Source of the DNA: Octopus vulgaris | Taxonomy: Eukaryota | Length of the DNA: 64,000 nucleotides | Reading direction: 5' to 3' | NCBI GenBank assembly: GCA_951406725.2 | Contig: OX597830.1 | Coordinates: 18,662,001 to 18,726,000 of the forward strand | Shown: one piece after another, positions 39,385 to 53,594 of the stretch | Numbering within the stretch: the stretch's first letter is position 1 | Layout of the letters: the number at the start of each line of letters is the position of its first letter | Notes under the pieces: model-generated | Database searches by the model: none | What the model saw: only the letters and a program-made list of their open reading frames with translations | Told to the model about the DNA's origin: nothing | Translations under genes and position numbers: made by a program

Positions 39385-40461
39385 ATCTCTTATCTTTCAC
39401 TTGTTTCAGTCATTTGACTGCGGCCATGCTGGGGCAATACCTTGAAGGGATTTAGATGGAAGAAAATCGATCCCAGTACTTATCTTAGAAACCTGGTTGT
39501 TATTCCATCAGTCTCTTTTGCTGATATTCTCTTTACTCTTTTACTTGTTTCAGTCATTTGACTGCGGCCATGCTGGAGCACCACCTTTAGTCGAGAAAAT
39601 TGACCCGAGGACTTATTCTCTGGAAGCCTAGTACTTATTCTATCAGTCTCTTTTGCTGAACCACTAAGTTACGGGGACATAAACACACAAGCATCGGTTG
39701 TCAAGCAATGTTGGGGGAACAAACACAGACACACAAACATATACATGCACATACATATATACATATATACGATAGGCTTCTTTCAATTTCCGTCTACCAA
39801 ATCTACACACAAGGCTTTGGTCAGCCCGAAGCTATAGTAGAAGACACTTGCCCAAGATGCCACGCATTGGGACCAAACCCAGAACCATATGGTTGGTAAG
39901 CAAGTTACTTACCACATAGCCACTCCTATGCCTATTCTCTTTTCTCTTTTTTTTTCTCATTTACTTGTTTCAGTCATTTGACTGCGGCCATGCTGGAGCA
40001 CCGCCTTTAGTCAAGCAATTCGACCCTGGGACTTATTCTTTGTAAGCCCAGTACCTATTCTATAGGTCTCTTTTGCCGAACCGCTAAGTAAACACACCAG
40101 CATCGGTTGTCAAGCAATGCTAGGGGGACAAACACAGACACACAAACACATACGCACACACTTATATATATATATATATATACGACAGGCTTCTTTCAGT
40201 TTCCGTCTACCAAATCCACTCACAAGGCATTGGTTGGCCCAGGGCTATAGCAGAAGACACTTGCCCAAGATGCCACGCAGTGGGACTGAACCAGGAACCA
40301 TGTGGTTGGTTAGCAAGCTACTTACCACACAGCCACTCCTGCGCCTATTGATCTTTTTTTGCCAAATCACTAAAATACAGAGATGTAAACACACCAACAC
40401 TGGTTGTCAAGCTGTGGTAAAAAGACAAACACAGGTACAAGGACACACACACAAACAAACG

Positions 40462-40493
<32 letters not shown>

Positions 40494-40860
40494 CACAACA
40501 ATCCACTCACAAGGCTTTGGTCAACCCAAAGCTACAGTAGAAGACTCTTGCCCAAAGTGCCACACAGTGGGACTGAACCAAGGACCATGTGATTGGGAAG
40601 CAAGCTCCTTATTTCTTTATTGCCCACAAGGGGCTAAACATAGAGGGGACAAACAAGGATAGACAAAGGGATTAAGTCGATTACATTGACCCCAGTGTAT
40701 AACTGGTACTTTATTTATCGACCTCGAAAGGATGAAAGGCAAAGTCGACCTTGGCGGATTTAACGTAACGGCAGACGGAATACCGCTAAGTATTTCGCCC
40801 GGCGTGCCTACATTTCTGCCAGTTCGCCGCCTTCCTTACCACACAGCCACATCTCCACCT
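39385..40860 (-). mobile_element. Cluster of same-orientation family A SINEs, one interrupted by a Nin-like SINE (40609-40833)
   Basis: Full copies 39527-39935 and 39957-40348; nested Nin-like SINE flanked by tcctta. Confidence 0.85.
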
Positions 40861-40930
40861 AAACCTTGATAGGTAAAATCTTTAAATAACTATCTACATC
40901 AGATTTTTTCTAGTCATGCAATTATTTTAA

Positions 40931-41560
40931 CCCTTTGGCATTCAGATTATTCTGTCAAATGTAATGCTTATTTATTCTCATTGTGTTCGAATTAATCCTG
41001 CATTATCTCATAGCTTTGTTATTTCAGTGGCGTAATTGTTTGTTTGTGAAATAACATTGTCGGGTAGAGGTGAGAGGCTATATCTAGCCGGGTTTTAACA
41101 TAAACCAGGTAGAATATTTATACCAGATATTACTCTTTACTCTTTTACTTGTTTCAGTCATTTGACTGCAGCCATGCTGGAGTACCGCCTTTAGTCGAGC
41201 AAATCGACCCCAGGACTTATTCTTTGTAAGCCCAGTACTTATTCTATCAGTCTCTTTGCCGAACCGCTAGGTGACGGGGACGTAAACACACCAGCATCGG
41301 TTGTCAAGCAATGCTAGGGGGACAAACACAGACACACAAACATACACACACACACATATATATACATATATACGACGGGCTTCTTTCAGTTTCCGTCTAC
41401 CAAATCCACTCACAGGGTTTTGGTTGGCCTGAAGCTATAGTAGAAGACACTTGCCCAAGATGCCACACAGTAGAAATGAACCTGAAACCATGAGGTTAGT
41501 AAGCAAGCTACTTCCCACACAGCCACTCCTGCGCCTATGGCCAGTTTAAATTGTAACGGG
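40931..41560. mobile_element. Second TTAA MITE family with a family A SINE (41131-41538) inserted
   Basis: TTAA-ccc...ggg-TTAA; related copy at ~22686-22896. Confidence 0.75.
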
Positions 41561-42135
41561 TTAACTCTGTTAATTTCCATTCGCCCTTTCTTTTCCCTAT
41601 TTTTAATGAAATACATTGCTTTTATTTTAATTAATTTGGAAAACAATGAAGACTGCAGTAAGATAATTTTGTCATTGAGCTGGCAGAATGTTTGCCCACT
41701 GGACAAAATGCCAAGAAGCGTTTTGCCTGTCTTTACATTCTGAATTCAAAGTTCATCAAGGTCAGCTTTGCTTTTCATCCGATCAGAGTCAATAAAATAA
41801 GTACCAGTTGAATACTGGGGTCAATATGATTGACTTAACTCGTCCCCCAAAGTAGCTGACCTTGAGCCAAAATTTGAAACCGTTGTTAATCCGGTGTTTG
41901 GAACATGAAATGACATGAAATTTTAGTGGATGGTTTTAATTCAGATTTATTTAAAACTCAAAATTTACATTATAGAACCAGAAACTGTCTGAGAGGGATT
42001 GGTTTCAAAAAGATTAAATACTTTATATTTTGAAAAATGATAGTTTATTATTCAAAAACATTTACAACAAATAATTCAGTTTCTAAGGATTATATTCAGT
42101 TGACTGAGAATCCCTTTAAGTTAAGATTCAGTCAA

Positions 42136-42542
42136 TACTCTTTTACTTGTTTCAGTCATTTGACTGTGGCCATGCTGGAGTACCACCTTTAGTCGAGCAA
42201 ATCGACCCCAGGACTTATTCTTCATAAGCCTAGTACTTATTCTATCAGTCTCTTTTGCCGAACCGCTAAGTTACAGGGACATAAACACACCAGCGTCGGT
42301 TGTCAAGCTATGCTGGCGGGGACAAACACAGACACACAAACATATACACACACATACATATGTATATACATATATACGACGGGATTCATTCAGTTTCCGT
42401 CCACCAAATCCACTCACAAGGCTTTGGTCGGCCCGAGGCTATAGTAGAAGACTCTTGCCCAAGGTGCCACTCAGTGGGGCTGAACCTGGAACCATGTGGT
42501 TGATAAGCAAGCTACTTACCACACAGCCACTCCTACACCTAT
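42136..42542 (-). mobile_element. SINE family A, full length
   Basis: Consensus match. Confidence 0.9.
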
Positions 42543-43713
42543 ATATACGTTAATATATTCTTTGAAATCCTGGAAGTTTATTAAAGTACATTTCATTGTT
42601 AAGAAATATCAACATCAGAAAGTGTAAAATCAGATAATGATGACTATGGCATTTGTTTGCATTTCAGAGAAAATTAATATATTGCCTCTTAGGAATTCTC
42701 TTAAATACCCATACAGAGCTTAATATCTTTTTCCTCACTATAGATTAAAATATTTGCAGAATGCTGCACATTCCAAACAAAGCAAGACTCTGTTGCTAAC
42801 GTGCATCTCACATTCAGTGTTTTTGACATCATAAATCAGAATTTTTGTTGAAATATTTCAAAATGCCTGGAGGCTGAATGCCAGCCGATCCTTATATATA
42901 CTGTGGCATTTTTCAACCAAAACAAATGGTTTTTCTGTTGTTAATATGCTTATTCAACAGTTTTTATTTCACACTTAAATATACAAGATCATTAACTTTG
43001 AAATTCTTAGTAACCATCTTTCTTTTATGTGCAGTAGCTTTAATGTTTTGTGTGTGTGTGTGTGTGTTTGTTATATTTATGAGTAGTCTTCACATATAAA
43101 TTTATGAGATTGTTGCTTATGTGCATAAACGTGTGTGTGTGTGGTGTGTGTGTGTGTGTGTGGTGTGTGTGTGTGTGTGGTGTGTGTGTGGTGTGTGTGT
43201 TTGTTTTGTAATCATCAACATTATCATCATTCTTTTACAGAACAGGCAAGGGGCATTTTATCACACCACCAGTACTAGAGAAGTTTTTCTTGTACAACAC
43301 AAAAATTTGTCTTCCTTCCCCATCTTAGCATGGTTATTTGGTTATTTGTACGTACACACATGCTGCTGCTGCTGATAACATGTGTGTGATCATCAACATC
43401 ATCTTTAACAACCATTTTCATGCTGTTGTGGGTTGGAAAATTTGACCAAAACTGGGAAGCCAGTTCTAGTCTAATTTTATATTTCCACGCTTGGTTGCCC
43501 TTCCTATGACCAACCACTTTAGAGTGTGTGCTGGGTGCTTCCCACATGTCACTGCCACACAAGACTCTTGCAAGCCTATTCTCTTCACCAGGGAACACAG
43601 CCTTAGCACTTCTGCTGTGAAGGATGGATCTTCTTGAGTAAAGCAAGGCACCAGGTATCTTGGTCCTTTGTCATCTTATCTAAAAGGTTCAACAGCTAAA
43701 TGAATTTAATAAT

Positions 43714-44099
43714 GCTCTTTTTACTCTTTACTCTTTTACTTGTTTCAGTCATTTGACTGCGGACATGCTGGAGCACCACCTTTAGTCGAGCAAATCGACC
43801 CTGGGACTTATTCTTTGTAAGCCTAATACTTATTCTATCAGTCTCTTTTGCTGAACCGCTAAGGGACGGGGACGTAAACACACCAGCATCAGTTGTCAAG
43901 CGATGTTGAGGGGACAAACACAGACACACACATATATATATACATATATATGACAGGCTTCTTTCAGTTTCCGTCTACCAAATCCACTCACAAGGCATTG
44001 GTCGACCCGGGGCTATAGCAGAAGACACTTGCCCAGGACTGAACCCGCAACAATGTGGTTGGTTAGCAAGCTACTTACCACACAGCCACTCCTGCGCCT
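43714..44099 (-). mobile_element. SINE family A (small internal deletion)
   Basis: Consensus match. Confidence 0.88.
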
Positions 44100-44109
44100 A
44101 ACTAAAAAG

Positions 44110-44800
44110 CCACTTTTTAGAGATTTTTTGTGTTTTAGTTATAGGGATAAGATTTTTAGACCCCAAATTTAATCATTGTTTGTTTAGCTTGGGTTTGAGT
44201 TTCTTAATAAAGTCCTTTTCTCTCAGTTTTCTCTCAATTTAATTCAGGTTGTAAAGTTTATGAAATGGGAATATCATAAAAGTTTTCTGACCACATGTTG
44301 CCAGATGGTTACTCAGTGGTATTTTACGGACTTCTGGGTTTTAAATTTGTTGTCGATGCACATGCAAGCATTCTGATAGTGCATTACCTGTCTGGCTAAA
44401 TACAGTTCTTCACAATTTCATAAACTTTACAACCTGAATGAAATTGAGAGAAAACTGAGAGAAAAGGACTTTATTAAGAAATTCAAACCCAAGCTTAGCA
44501 AACAATGATTAAATTAATCTTATTTGGGGTTTAAAAATCTTATCCCTATAACTAAAACACAAAAGAACTCTAAAAGGTACTGCTGTCATTATTTCTACAA
44601 ATAAACATTGAAAATGATTTGGCATAATTTCTAAAAATAGCCAAACAACTACTACTGCTGTCCACAGGAACATACCTAAAGGACAAAAGACAGCCAGTCT
44701 ACTACAGTTGAAACACTCCTGTCACAACCTGGGACCTTGAAGTCTGCTTAAATGCAAGAAAGTATACTAGTCCCTTAATATTTGATATTCAGTATTTCAT
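44110..44800. mobile_element. Penelope-like element fragment with inverted pseudo-LTR arrangement and downstream HHR-like motif
   Basis: GIY-YIG C-terminus on - strand (to ~44414), inverted copy on + strand from ~44415 (FHKLYNLNEIERKLREKDFIKKFKPKLSKQ*); gggac...GAAAgtatacTAgtccc at 44731-44774. Confidence 0.75.
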
Positions 44801-44989
44801 CTATTCAAGAAGACAATCAATACTTCATTTCATTTTACTATATATTCTATATTCATATTATAAAGAATATAAATAAAACATAAAAAACAGACAGTGCTGG
44901 AATTCCTTTGAATAATATATATCCCTCTATACACAACCATACAAACCCCTTTATATATGTATGTATGTATGTATATATATATATATATA

Positions 44990-45300
44990 TTAGAAGAAAT
45001 GAGGTAATCAGAAGATCGGATGGTTCATATTTATAGATATTTATTTATATATTATATTTTTTACATATATATATCATATTATTCAGATTATTAGCGCTTT
45101 CTCCCATTCTAGTGGGGTTTTCAAATCAAATTAATTCCTTTGTATATATATATACCCCACTAGAATGGGAGAAAGTGCTAATATATGATCTAAGCTATAT
45201 GATGTAAAAAAACATGTAATATACAAATAAATATCTGTAAATATAAAACCATCCGAATTTCTGAGTACCTCATTTCTTCTAATATATAATACCTGTAAAT
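44990..45300. mobile_element. Fold-back PLE-like element with HHR-like motif (U3:A8)
   Basis: Arms ~44990-45117 / 45154-45285; - strand TTGAAAA c ccca-ctagaa-tggg a GAAA gcgc TA at 45090-45126. Confidence 0.6.
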
Positions 45301-45707
45301 CATCTCCAAACCTTCCAATATATATATATATTTATATATGAGAGAGAGACAGACATAGACTGGTGGATTTTGTGTTGTTTTCCAGTCTTTTTAACTCTAT
45401 GACTCCATATATTTGAGTCATGTAGTTAAATTGTGGATTCAGTCCTCCTGTGTCTTGTCTTGAATTTGTTTGGGGGATACTGCAAAAGTTCGTAGTGTGT
45501 GTGTGTGTGTGTGTGCAGTGTATCCCATAACAGAGTATGTGGAGGCAAAAAAAAAAATTCATAAAATATACTGTACTGAAATAAATACTGTGTTTGTGGG
45601 CAATATGATTTGACTAAGACCTTGAAGGCAGAACCCTAATATATGACAGCAGTGCAATGAATGAAACTAGGGAAATAATAAAAGAATGTAGAAAGTATGT
45701 AGAAGTG

Positions 45708-45743
<36 letters not shown>

Positions 45744-46943
45744 TAGACAGATGACATTCAGTGACCCTCAAAAAGCTTTGAGTGGAGCCACTGCTTCATG
45801 GTTGGATGATTTTGACAGTAGTAACCTGAAGTGGGACCAGATGGTGTGCTGAGAGGAGACAGGCAAGGTACTTGAAATCCCATTCATGTAGTTGTCAGCA
45901 GTAGTAGAATAGTGGTGGTGGTGGTGGGATGAACCCAGAGGTCTTCAGTTAGTGAGGTTATTGTTGTTTGTTGTTGCTGTTTCTACTACCATTGTTGTTG
46001 TTGTTTAAGTCCAGGTTCACTTTCTTAAGGTGATTTGAGAGAGGTTTAGCTGCTATTTCTTGTAAGTCCAGAGACCACTTTGTGGCTTTGTTTTGTTTGT
46101 ATTATTATTCTTGTTATTTAACCCTAGGTCATCAAAGGCATTCCAGACACAATATCCCCATTTTTTAGGGTTATGTGAGATTGCACTGTCTAATGTGTCC
46201 TTCCATTTTCAACAATGATCAGTCTGCCATGAGAGATATTTCTAGCACAAAGGCTCTTTTTGTTAATATTGTTAATAGTGATAAGGAGTTGAGCTGGTAG
46301 AATCTTTAGCATACTAGACAAAATGCTTTGTAGTATTACTTCCAGCTTTATGTTCTGAGTTCGAATTCTGTTGGCGTAGGAGTGGCTGTGTGGTAACTAG
46401 TTTGCTTACCAACCTCATGGTTCCAGGTTCAGTCTCACTGCGTTGCACTTTGGGCAAGTGGATTTGATAGACGGAAACTGAAAGAAGCCCATTGTATATA
46501 TGTATATATATATATATGTGTGTGTATACCTTTGTGTGTCTGTGTTTGTCCCCCAAACATCGCTTGACAACCGATGCTGGTGTGTTTACATCCTTGTAAC
46601 TTAGTGGTTTGGCAAAAGAGACTGATAGAATAAGTACTAGGCTTCCACCTTCCCAATCTCAAATAAGCAAAGGATCCCATTCAAGACACATATAATCTGT
46701 ATCTTATGTCACCAACAATGTTTTCACAGAATAACTGATCTTTTACCCAGTCACTGGGTAAATCTCTAAATGTCTATTTTAGGACACAAATTCAGAATTT
46801 ATACATAATGTCATTAGCAAATAGATTCATTTGTTATGGTTTTTGTTCTTTAGATCCACACCTGTCTCAGACCTCTAACCAACAATGTGACAATCCTGTC
46901 TTTTTCCTCAGACGAAATATATGAATCACTTAATGTAATTATT

Positions 46944-47148
46944 TATTTCCTTATTGCCCACAGGGGGCAAACAAGGACAGGCAAAGGGATTGAGTCGATT
47001 ACATCGACCCCCAGCACATAACTGGTACTTATTTACTCAACACCAAAAGGATGAAAGGCAAAGTCGACCTCGGTGGAATTTGAACTCAGGACATAATGGC
47101 AGATGAAATACCGCTAAGCATTTCGCCTGGTGTGCCAGCTCGCCACCT
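46944..47148 (-). mobile_element. Nin-domain-like SINE with ~25-bp TSD
   Basis: tatatgaatcac(t)taatgtaattatt at 46918 and 47149. Confidence 0.85.
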
Positions 47149-47608
47149 TATATGAATCACTAATGTAATTATTATGTAACAAGAGTCACAAAAAGGCAAA
47201 TACAAAATGGGCACGTATATGATCCATGTAGTACAAGCTAAAATAACAGTTAATTAAAACACTTAAACTAACAGTTAATTGATTATCAATTAAATATGTT
47301 TCCAAAGTAAATAACGTTCAGTTTAATATAGGAAATTTATACAAAGATTAGTTACTTTGACGTAGTTAAAAACATCTTAAAGTAACATAAATAAACAAAA
47401 GTGATCTTTTTCTTTAAAATCATTATGAAGGACTTAATAAAGTTACCATTTTAGTTCTTTTCAGATCACTTATCTTAAGCGAGATCTTCGAAATAGTGTA
47501 ACTGCCAACCAATTTTACAATTTGAGTTGGTGTAGTGAATTTAGAATCAACTTTAATAGCAGAAAGCTTCAAGTTTGCAAAAGAATAATAATAAAAATAA
47601 TAATAATA

Positions 47609-47647
<39 letters not shown>

Positions 47648-47649
47648 TG

Positions 47650-48230
47650 ATTTCAAATTTTAGCACAAGGATAGCAACTTCAGGGGAGGGGTGAGTCAAT
47701 TACATCGATCTCAATGCTCAACCCAGAAAGGATGAAAGGCAAAGTCAACCTCAGCAGAATTTGAACTCAGAATGCAGAGATGGATGAAATTCTGCTAAAC
47801 ATTTTGCCTAGTGTCAAAATGATTCTGCTAGCTTGTCTTATTATCAATAATAATGATTTCAAATTTTGGCACAAGGCCAGCCATTTTAGGGAGATGGTTA
47901 ATTCGATTATATCAAACCTATTGCTCGAATGGTACTTATATTATCGACCCTGAAAGGATTAAAGGCAAAATCAGTCTTGGCAGAATTTGAACTCAGAACA
48001 TGACGACAGGCAAAATACCACTAAGCATTTTGCCTGGCATGCTAACCATTCTGTCATCTCACTGCTTTAATAATAATACTAATCCTTTCTACTATAGGCA
48101 CAAAGCCTGAAATTTGGGGGAGGAGATAAGTCGATTACATTGACCCCTGTACTTAACAGGTACTTGTTTCATGTTCTACTAAAGGATTAAGGGCAAAGTC
48201 GACCTCAGCAGAATTTGAACTCGAGACAGC
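47650..48230 (-). mobile_element. Three tandem older Nin-like SINEs separated by (AAT)n
   Basis: Repeated aaagg.t.aaaggcaaa...gaatttgaactc. Confidence 0.75.
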
Positions 48231-48232
48231 AT

Positions 48233-48263
<31 letters not shown>

Positions 48264-48678
48264 GACGACAATAATAATCTACTATAATAATACTCTTGTG
48301 TTTTTCTCTGTCACGACGTATGAATGAGAAAGGAATGGTTGATAGCTGAATAAGGAAGGAAGGGGTGATGGCAAACTGGTAGTGGGGGCGTTTCAACTCT
48401 GTGTGAGTATATATGTGTGTATGTAAAAAGGAGATATGTGAATGTTTGCGTGTATGCAATGGAAGTGGGATGGTGAACATTCAGCACTGAAAAAAAAATC
48501 AAACAGTGTTTCAACTCTGTGTGAGTTTATGTGTGTGTGTGGGTACAAGGGAAGTATGTGAATGTGTGTGTGAACCCGTGTTCTGTCAGTAACAAACGAT
48601 GATCATAGTCACATCTCAAAAGACAACCACTAGATAACATTGACAAGTGTATTAATTTGATTTACTGTCCATATTTAT

Positions 48679-49106
48679 ATAGGCGCAGGAGTGGCTATGT
48701 GGTAAGTAGCTTGCTTACCAACCACATGGTTCCGGGTTCATTTCCATTGCATGGCACTTTAGACAAGTGTCTTCTACAATAGCCTTGGGCTGACCAAAGC
48801 CTTCTGAGTGGATTTGGTGGACAGAAACTGAAAGAAGTATATCGTATATATGTGTGTGTGTGTGTATATATATATGTATGTATGTGTGTGTATATGTTTG
48901 TGTGTCTGTGTTTGTCCCCCAAACATCGCTTGACAACCAATGCTGGTGTATTTACGTCCTTATCACTTAGCAGTTTGGCAAAAGAGACCGATAGAATAAG
49001 TACTAGGCTTACAAAGAATAAGTCCTGGGGTCAATCTGCTCGACTAAAGGCGGTGCTCCGGCATGGCCACAGTCGACTGAAACAAGTAAAAGAGAGTAAA
49101 GAGAGA
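48679..49106 (+). mobile_element. SINE family A, full length
   Basis: ataggcgcaggagtggct head to aaaagagagtaaagag tail. Confidence 0.9.
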
Positions 49107-49837
49107 TATAAAATACTACAATTAGCTGTCATTTTTGACAGCACGGGGCTAGCTATTAATAATAATAATAATAATAATAATGGTCATGATGAGGGTGATG
49201 GTAATTTCTTCTGTCATCTGCTTGTTTCAGTCATTGGACCACAGCCAAGGATTTAACCAAACAAATCCACTCAGGCCTTATTTTTTTTCTTCTTTTATGT
49301 CTGGTAAATTATTCAATCAATCTCTTTTGCTGAAACAAGGTGCTACGCAGTGAGACTGAACCTGGAACCATGTGGTTGGGAAGCAAGCTTCTTACCACAC
49401 AGCCACATCGATTGTCAAACAGTGGTAGACACAAACACAGTGGTAGGGACAAATGCACGCATGCATGCACACACACGGGTAAGACTGATCCAGGGATCCA
49501 AGTGTAGGAAGTTAGTAAGTTTGAAGCAATAGGTGGCTAGTATAGAGAACACACGGTGGACAGTATACAATAAAATGAATATTTATTAACATTGCATCTT
49601 ACTTCCTTTTTCCTATATAAAAGTTACAAGGAATTTTCATATGCTGATTGCTTCCATACAACTTACAGTTAACAACTAATGATACTAAGAATGTGATTGA
49701 AAATTCATAATTTATAAGGAGTGGAATAGGCAGAATAAAGGTTACATATTAGCCTATATTCTACCTATTCCACTCCTTATAAATTCTGGAGATATGTATA
49801 TATATAGATATAGATATAGATAGATAGATAGATATAT

Positions 49838-50040
49838 TATGGAGATGTACTTGCATAGCGAATGACTTGATCTGAGATCGTGTGCTGGAACAAAAACAAT
49901 TGCAGCGTGGAAGGTGTTTATAAGCCATTTAAGAAACACAAAAACTGTTAGATTCACTTTAATATTTAAATTTAATTTGTCAAAATATTTTCGTCGCTTT
50001 GAGGCCACAACCTGTTCACTGACAAAACTTTGTGCTGCTA
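49838..50040 (-). mobile_element. Second copy of the G3:C8 HHR-like element
   Basis: - strand tttgtca GTGAACA g gttgt-loop-gcgac GAAA atat T T tgacaaa (49976-50026). Confidence 0.7.
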
Positions 50041-50052
50041 TATATATTGTAT

Positions 50053-50092
<40 letters not shown>

Positions 50093-51138
50093 TGTGTGTG
50101 AGACAAGCTTTCACACATTTTTTCAATCTGTTAAATACAGTCACGAGGCATTGGTCAGTCCAAGGCTGTTGTAGAAGACACTTCCCCAAGGTGCCACACA
50201 TTGGGACTGAACCCAAAACTACATGGTTGCAAAACAAGCTTCTTTATCACACAGCCATGCTTCACCTATGATATCATATATGTGTGTGTGTGTGTGTGTG
50301 TGTTAACCTTAAGGCAATATCCTATAGGGGACACACACATGTTTAGATTTACCAGGCCATATGTGAGATAAAGTGTCTGCCTGGATCTCTGATAGTCAGC
50401 TCTCTCTCTCAGATGAAGAAAGAGCCCCAGAACAACAAAATAGCAAAATATTTCTTTTCCCTCGGGGCATACAAACTACTCCAAATTCATGAATTTTAAA
50501 TGTCACTATAAAATTTTTGCTGACTGCAGACCCCCATCAGTTTCTTTAGACACTTTTTTTCTTCTTTACCTGTTTGTTTATAAAGTGTGTGTGTGTGTGT
50601 ATGTGTGTGAATGTTTGAAAGAGAGAAAGGCTGTGTGTGAAGAAGAAAGAGCGGGAATGATATGTAAAGGTTAAAATGATAAGAAGGGAATAGTGTTACT
50701 AGTGGAACAGCAGAATTTAGTAATTCTTGATAAGTTTAAATGCACACACACACACACACACACACATGCAACACACACACACACACACAACATACACACA
50801 TACGTTTATATATTCATTTACATTTACAGTCACGCATATACTCACACATAGACATGCAATACGTGGATCTCTGTATAAAATATCCAATCTTCTGATCAAC
50901 TAAAGTACCTGCATATTGAATTAGTGTATAAGTGACGGAGTATTCCACAGACATGTCTACCCTTAGTAACATAATCCTGAAGCACAATCAGTATGATAGT
51001 GGATATGTATATGTGTATATATATATATATATCATCATCATCATCATCATCAACATCGATTAACGTCTGTTTTCCACGCTGGGGTTACTGGCATTGGTCA
51101 CGATCGGTTGGTGCTTTTTACGTGCCACCAGTAAGGCA

Positions 51139-51174
<36 letters not shown>

Positions 51175-51996
51175 TTATATATATATATATAGACACACAC
51201 ACACATGAACACATGCAGGTACAGGCAGGACAATGTGAGAAAATGTTTGGTTCCCAATGACATGGTTCTGGGTTCAGTCCTACCATAGGAAATTAAATTT
51301 TACTCTAGCTTCAGGCTGACCAAAGCCTTGTGAGTGGATTTGCTAGATGGAAACTGGAAGAAACTTGTCATATATATATATATATATACGTGTGTGTGTG
51401 TGTGTATGTGTATGTCTTTGTGCCTGCTGTGTGTGTGCCCCTCCATTGCTTCACAACCGGTGTTGGTGTGTTTATGTTTCCAAAACTTAGTGGTTCAGCA
51501 AAAGAGATCAATAGAATAAGTACTAAGCTAAGGAAAAAAAAAAGTATTGGGATCCATTCATTTGACTAAAATTCTTGAAGACAGTGCTCCAGCATGGCCA
51601 TAGTCAAATGACTAAAACAAAAGATTAATGATAGTTTGTAGGGTAAGAAGTTTGCTTTCTGACCACATGGTTCCAGATTCAGTCCCACTTTGTAGCACCT
51701 AGCCTTGTGCTGACCAAAGCCTTGTGAGTGGATTTGGTAGATGCAAACTGAAAGAAGCCTCTGTGTGTGTGCATTTGTTCTGTGTTTGGTCCCCATCACC
51801 ACTTGACAACTGGTGTTGGTTTGTTTACAGCCTCATAACTTAGCAGTACCATAAAAGAGACTGATAGAATAAGTACCAGGCTTTTTAAAAAAATCCAGGG
51901 TATGATTTGTTTGGCTAAAAATTGTTCAAGATGGTGCCCCTGCATGGCCACAGTCTAATGACTGAACCAAGTAAAAGATTAAAGATATATATATCT

Positions 51997-52190
51997 TTTA
52001 TCTTCGCGTGTTGGCGATTTTCTTTCTCTGTCTTTCCTTCTTTGGACTTTTTCTATATTTCTGATGAAGAGCTCCGCTCAAAATGTGAAATCCTCTTTTC
52101 TTTCCTTTCCTGAGCATCCAATAACACAGTACTTGTACCATGTTCTCGTGTTGTTGGTTCTTCTTGCTTGTTCTTGTTTGGATTGACTGT
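51997..52190 (+). mobile_element. Short PLE-like element with decayed HHR motif
   Basis: attt CTGATGA a gagc-tcc-gctc AAAA tg T G aaat at 52057-52091. Confidence 0.55.
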
Positions 52191-52602
52191 GGCACCTGTG
52201 TCGGTGGCACATAAAATCACCCACTACACTCTCGGAGTGGTTGGCGTTAGGAAGGGCATCCAGCTGTAGAAACACTGCCACATCTGACTGGCCTGGTGCA
52301 GCCTTCGCGCTTCCCATACCCCAGTTGAACCGTCCAACCCATGCTAGCATGGAAAGCGGACGTTAAACGATGATGATGATGATGATGATGTACTTCACAT
52401 GTTTGTTATGGTGACTTCACTGCTACCACTTTAAATTAATGAATAAACTCTTAGACATGCTTCAAGTACTCTAGTGTCTGTGGTTTGCTCACCCAAACAC
52501 AGTATCAGACTAAATTTCTGCAATATTTGGTTACAATCTTTCTGTTCTCAGTTCAAATCTTAGATAAAACAATCGTGTTTTTTATCCTTCATATGCTGTT
52601 AA

Positions 52603-52925
52603 ATAATAATAATAATAATAATTGTGTACAGTGCTCAGGTGCACTACAACTCATCTAAAGTGTATATATAATCAGGTGTAGTTTCGGCAGATTTCGGAAA
52701 GCATGAGGGCCTTAAAGGATGCAGTGTCATGGCAGTCAACAACTGACGCAGGCAGTTTATTCCATGCTTCAGCAACTCTGAGCGTGAAAAAATGTTTCCG
52801 AAAGTCATGGGAGCTGTGTTGTTTTCTGACTTTGTAGGCATGTCCACGTGTGTTAGACACATGGAGATCAAAAAGGTGTTCAGTGTTGTTGTTGGTGAGG
52901 TGGTTGATAACCTTGTGGGTGTTTA
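52603..52925 (-). mobile_element. CR1-clade LINE 3' end
   Basis: TRGHAYKVRKQHSSHDFRKHFFTLRVAEAWNKLPASVV...SFK, short 3' UTR, (ATT)n tail. Confidence 0.85.
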
Positions 52926-53388
52926 GTAAGTATCAGTCAAGTACTGGGATCCACAACTGCTTGCACTTCTCAAAACAATGCCCTAGCCTACCTAAGATCC
53001 ATTGGCAGAAATGTTAAAAATTTACATACATACTTATGTTTCTCAAAACATATGTATTTATATATATGTATAATATACAGGTGTTTGATAAGTGCCAACA
53101 CGCAAACTCTCAAATCTTCAGTCACTCTGTTGCTTCTGCTAAATATTCCTTTCTACTAAAGGCAGAAGACCTGAAATTTTGGGTGGAAGAGACTGGTCAA
53201 TTACATCGACATCAGTATTTCACTGGTACTTAATTTACCACCCCCAAATGGATGAAAAGCAAAGTCAACCTCAGCAGAATTTGAACCCAGAATGCGTAGA
53301 CAGATGAAATACCACTAAGCATTTTGGTCAGCGTGCTAATTATTCTGCCAGGTCACTGCCATACTTATGCTAAATATTAATAAAATAT

Positions 53389-53558
53389 ATAGGCGTAGGA
53401 GTGGCTGTGTGGTAAGTAGCTTGCTTACCAACCACATGGTTCCGGGTTCAGTTGCACTGCATGGCACCTTGGGCAAGTGTCTTCTACTATAGCCTTAGGC
53501 CGACCAAAACCTTGTGAGTGGATTTGGTAGATGGAAACTGAAAGAAGCCCGTTGTATA

Positions 53559-53594
<36 letters not shown>

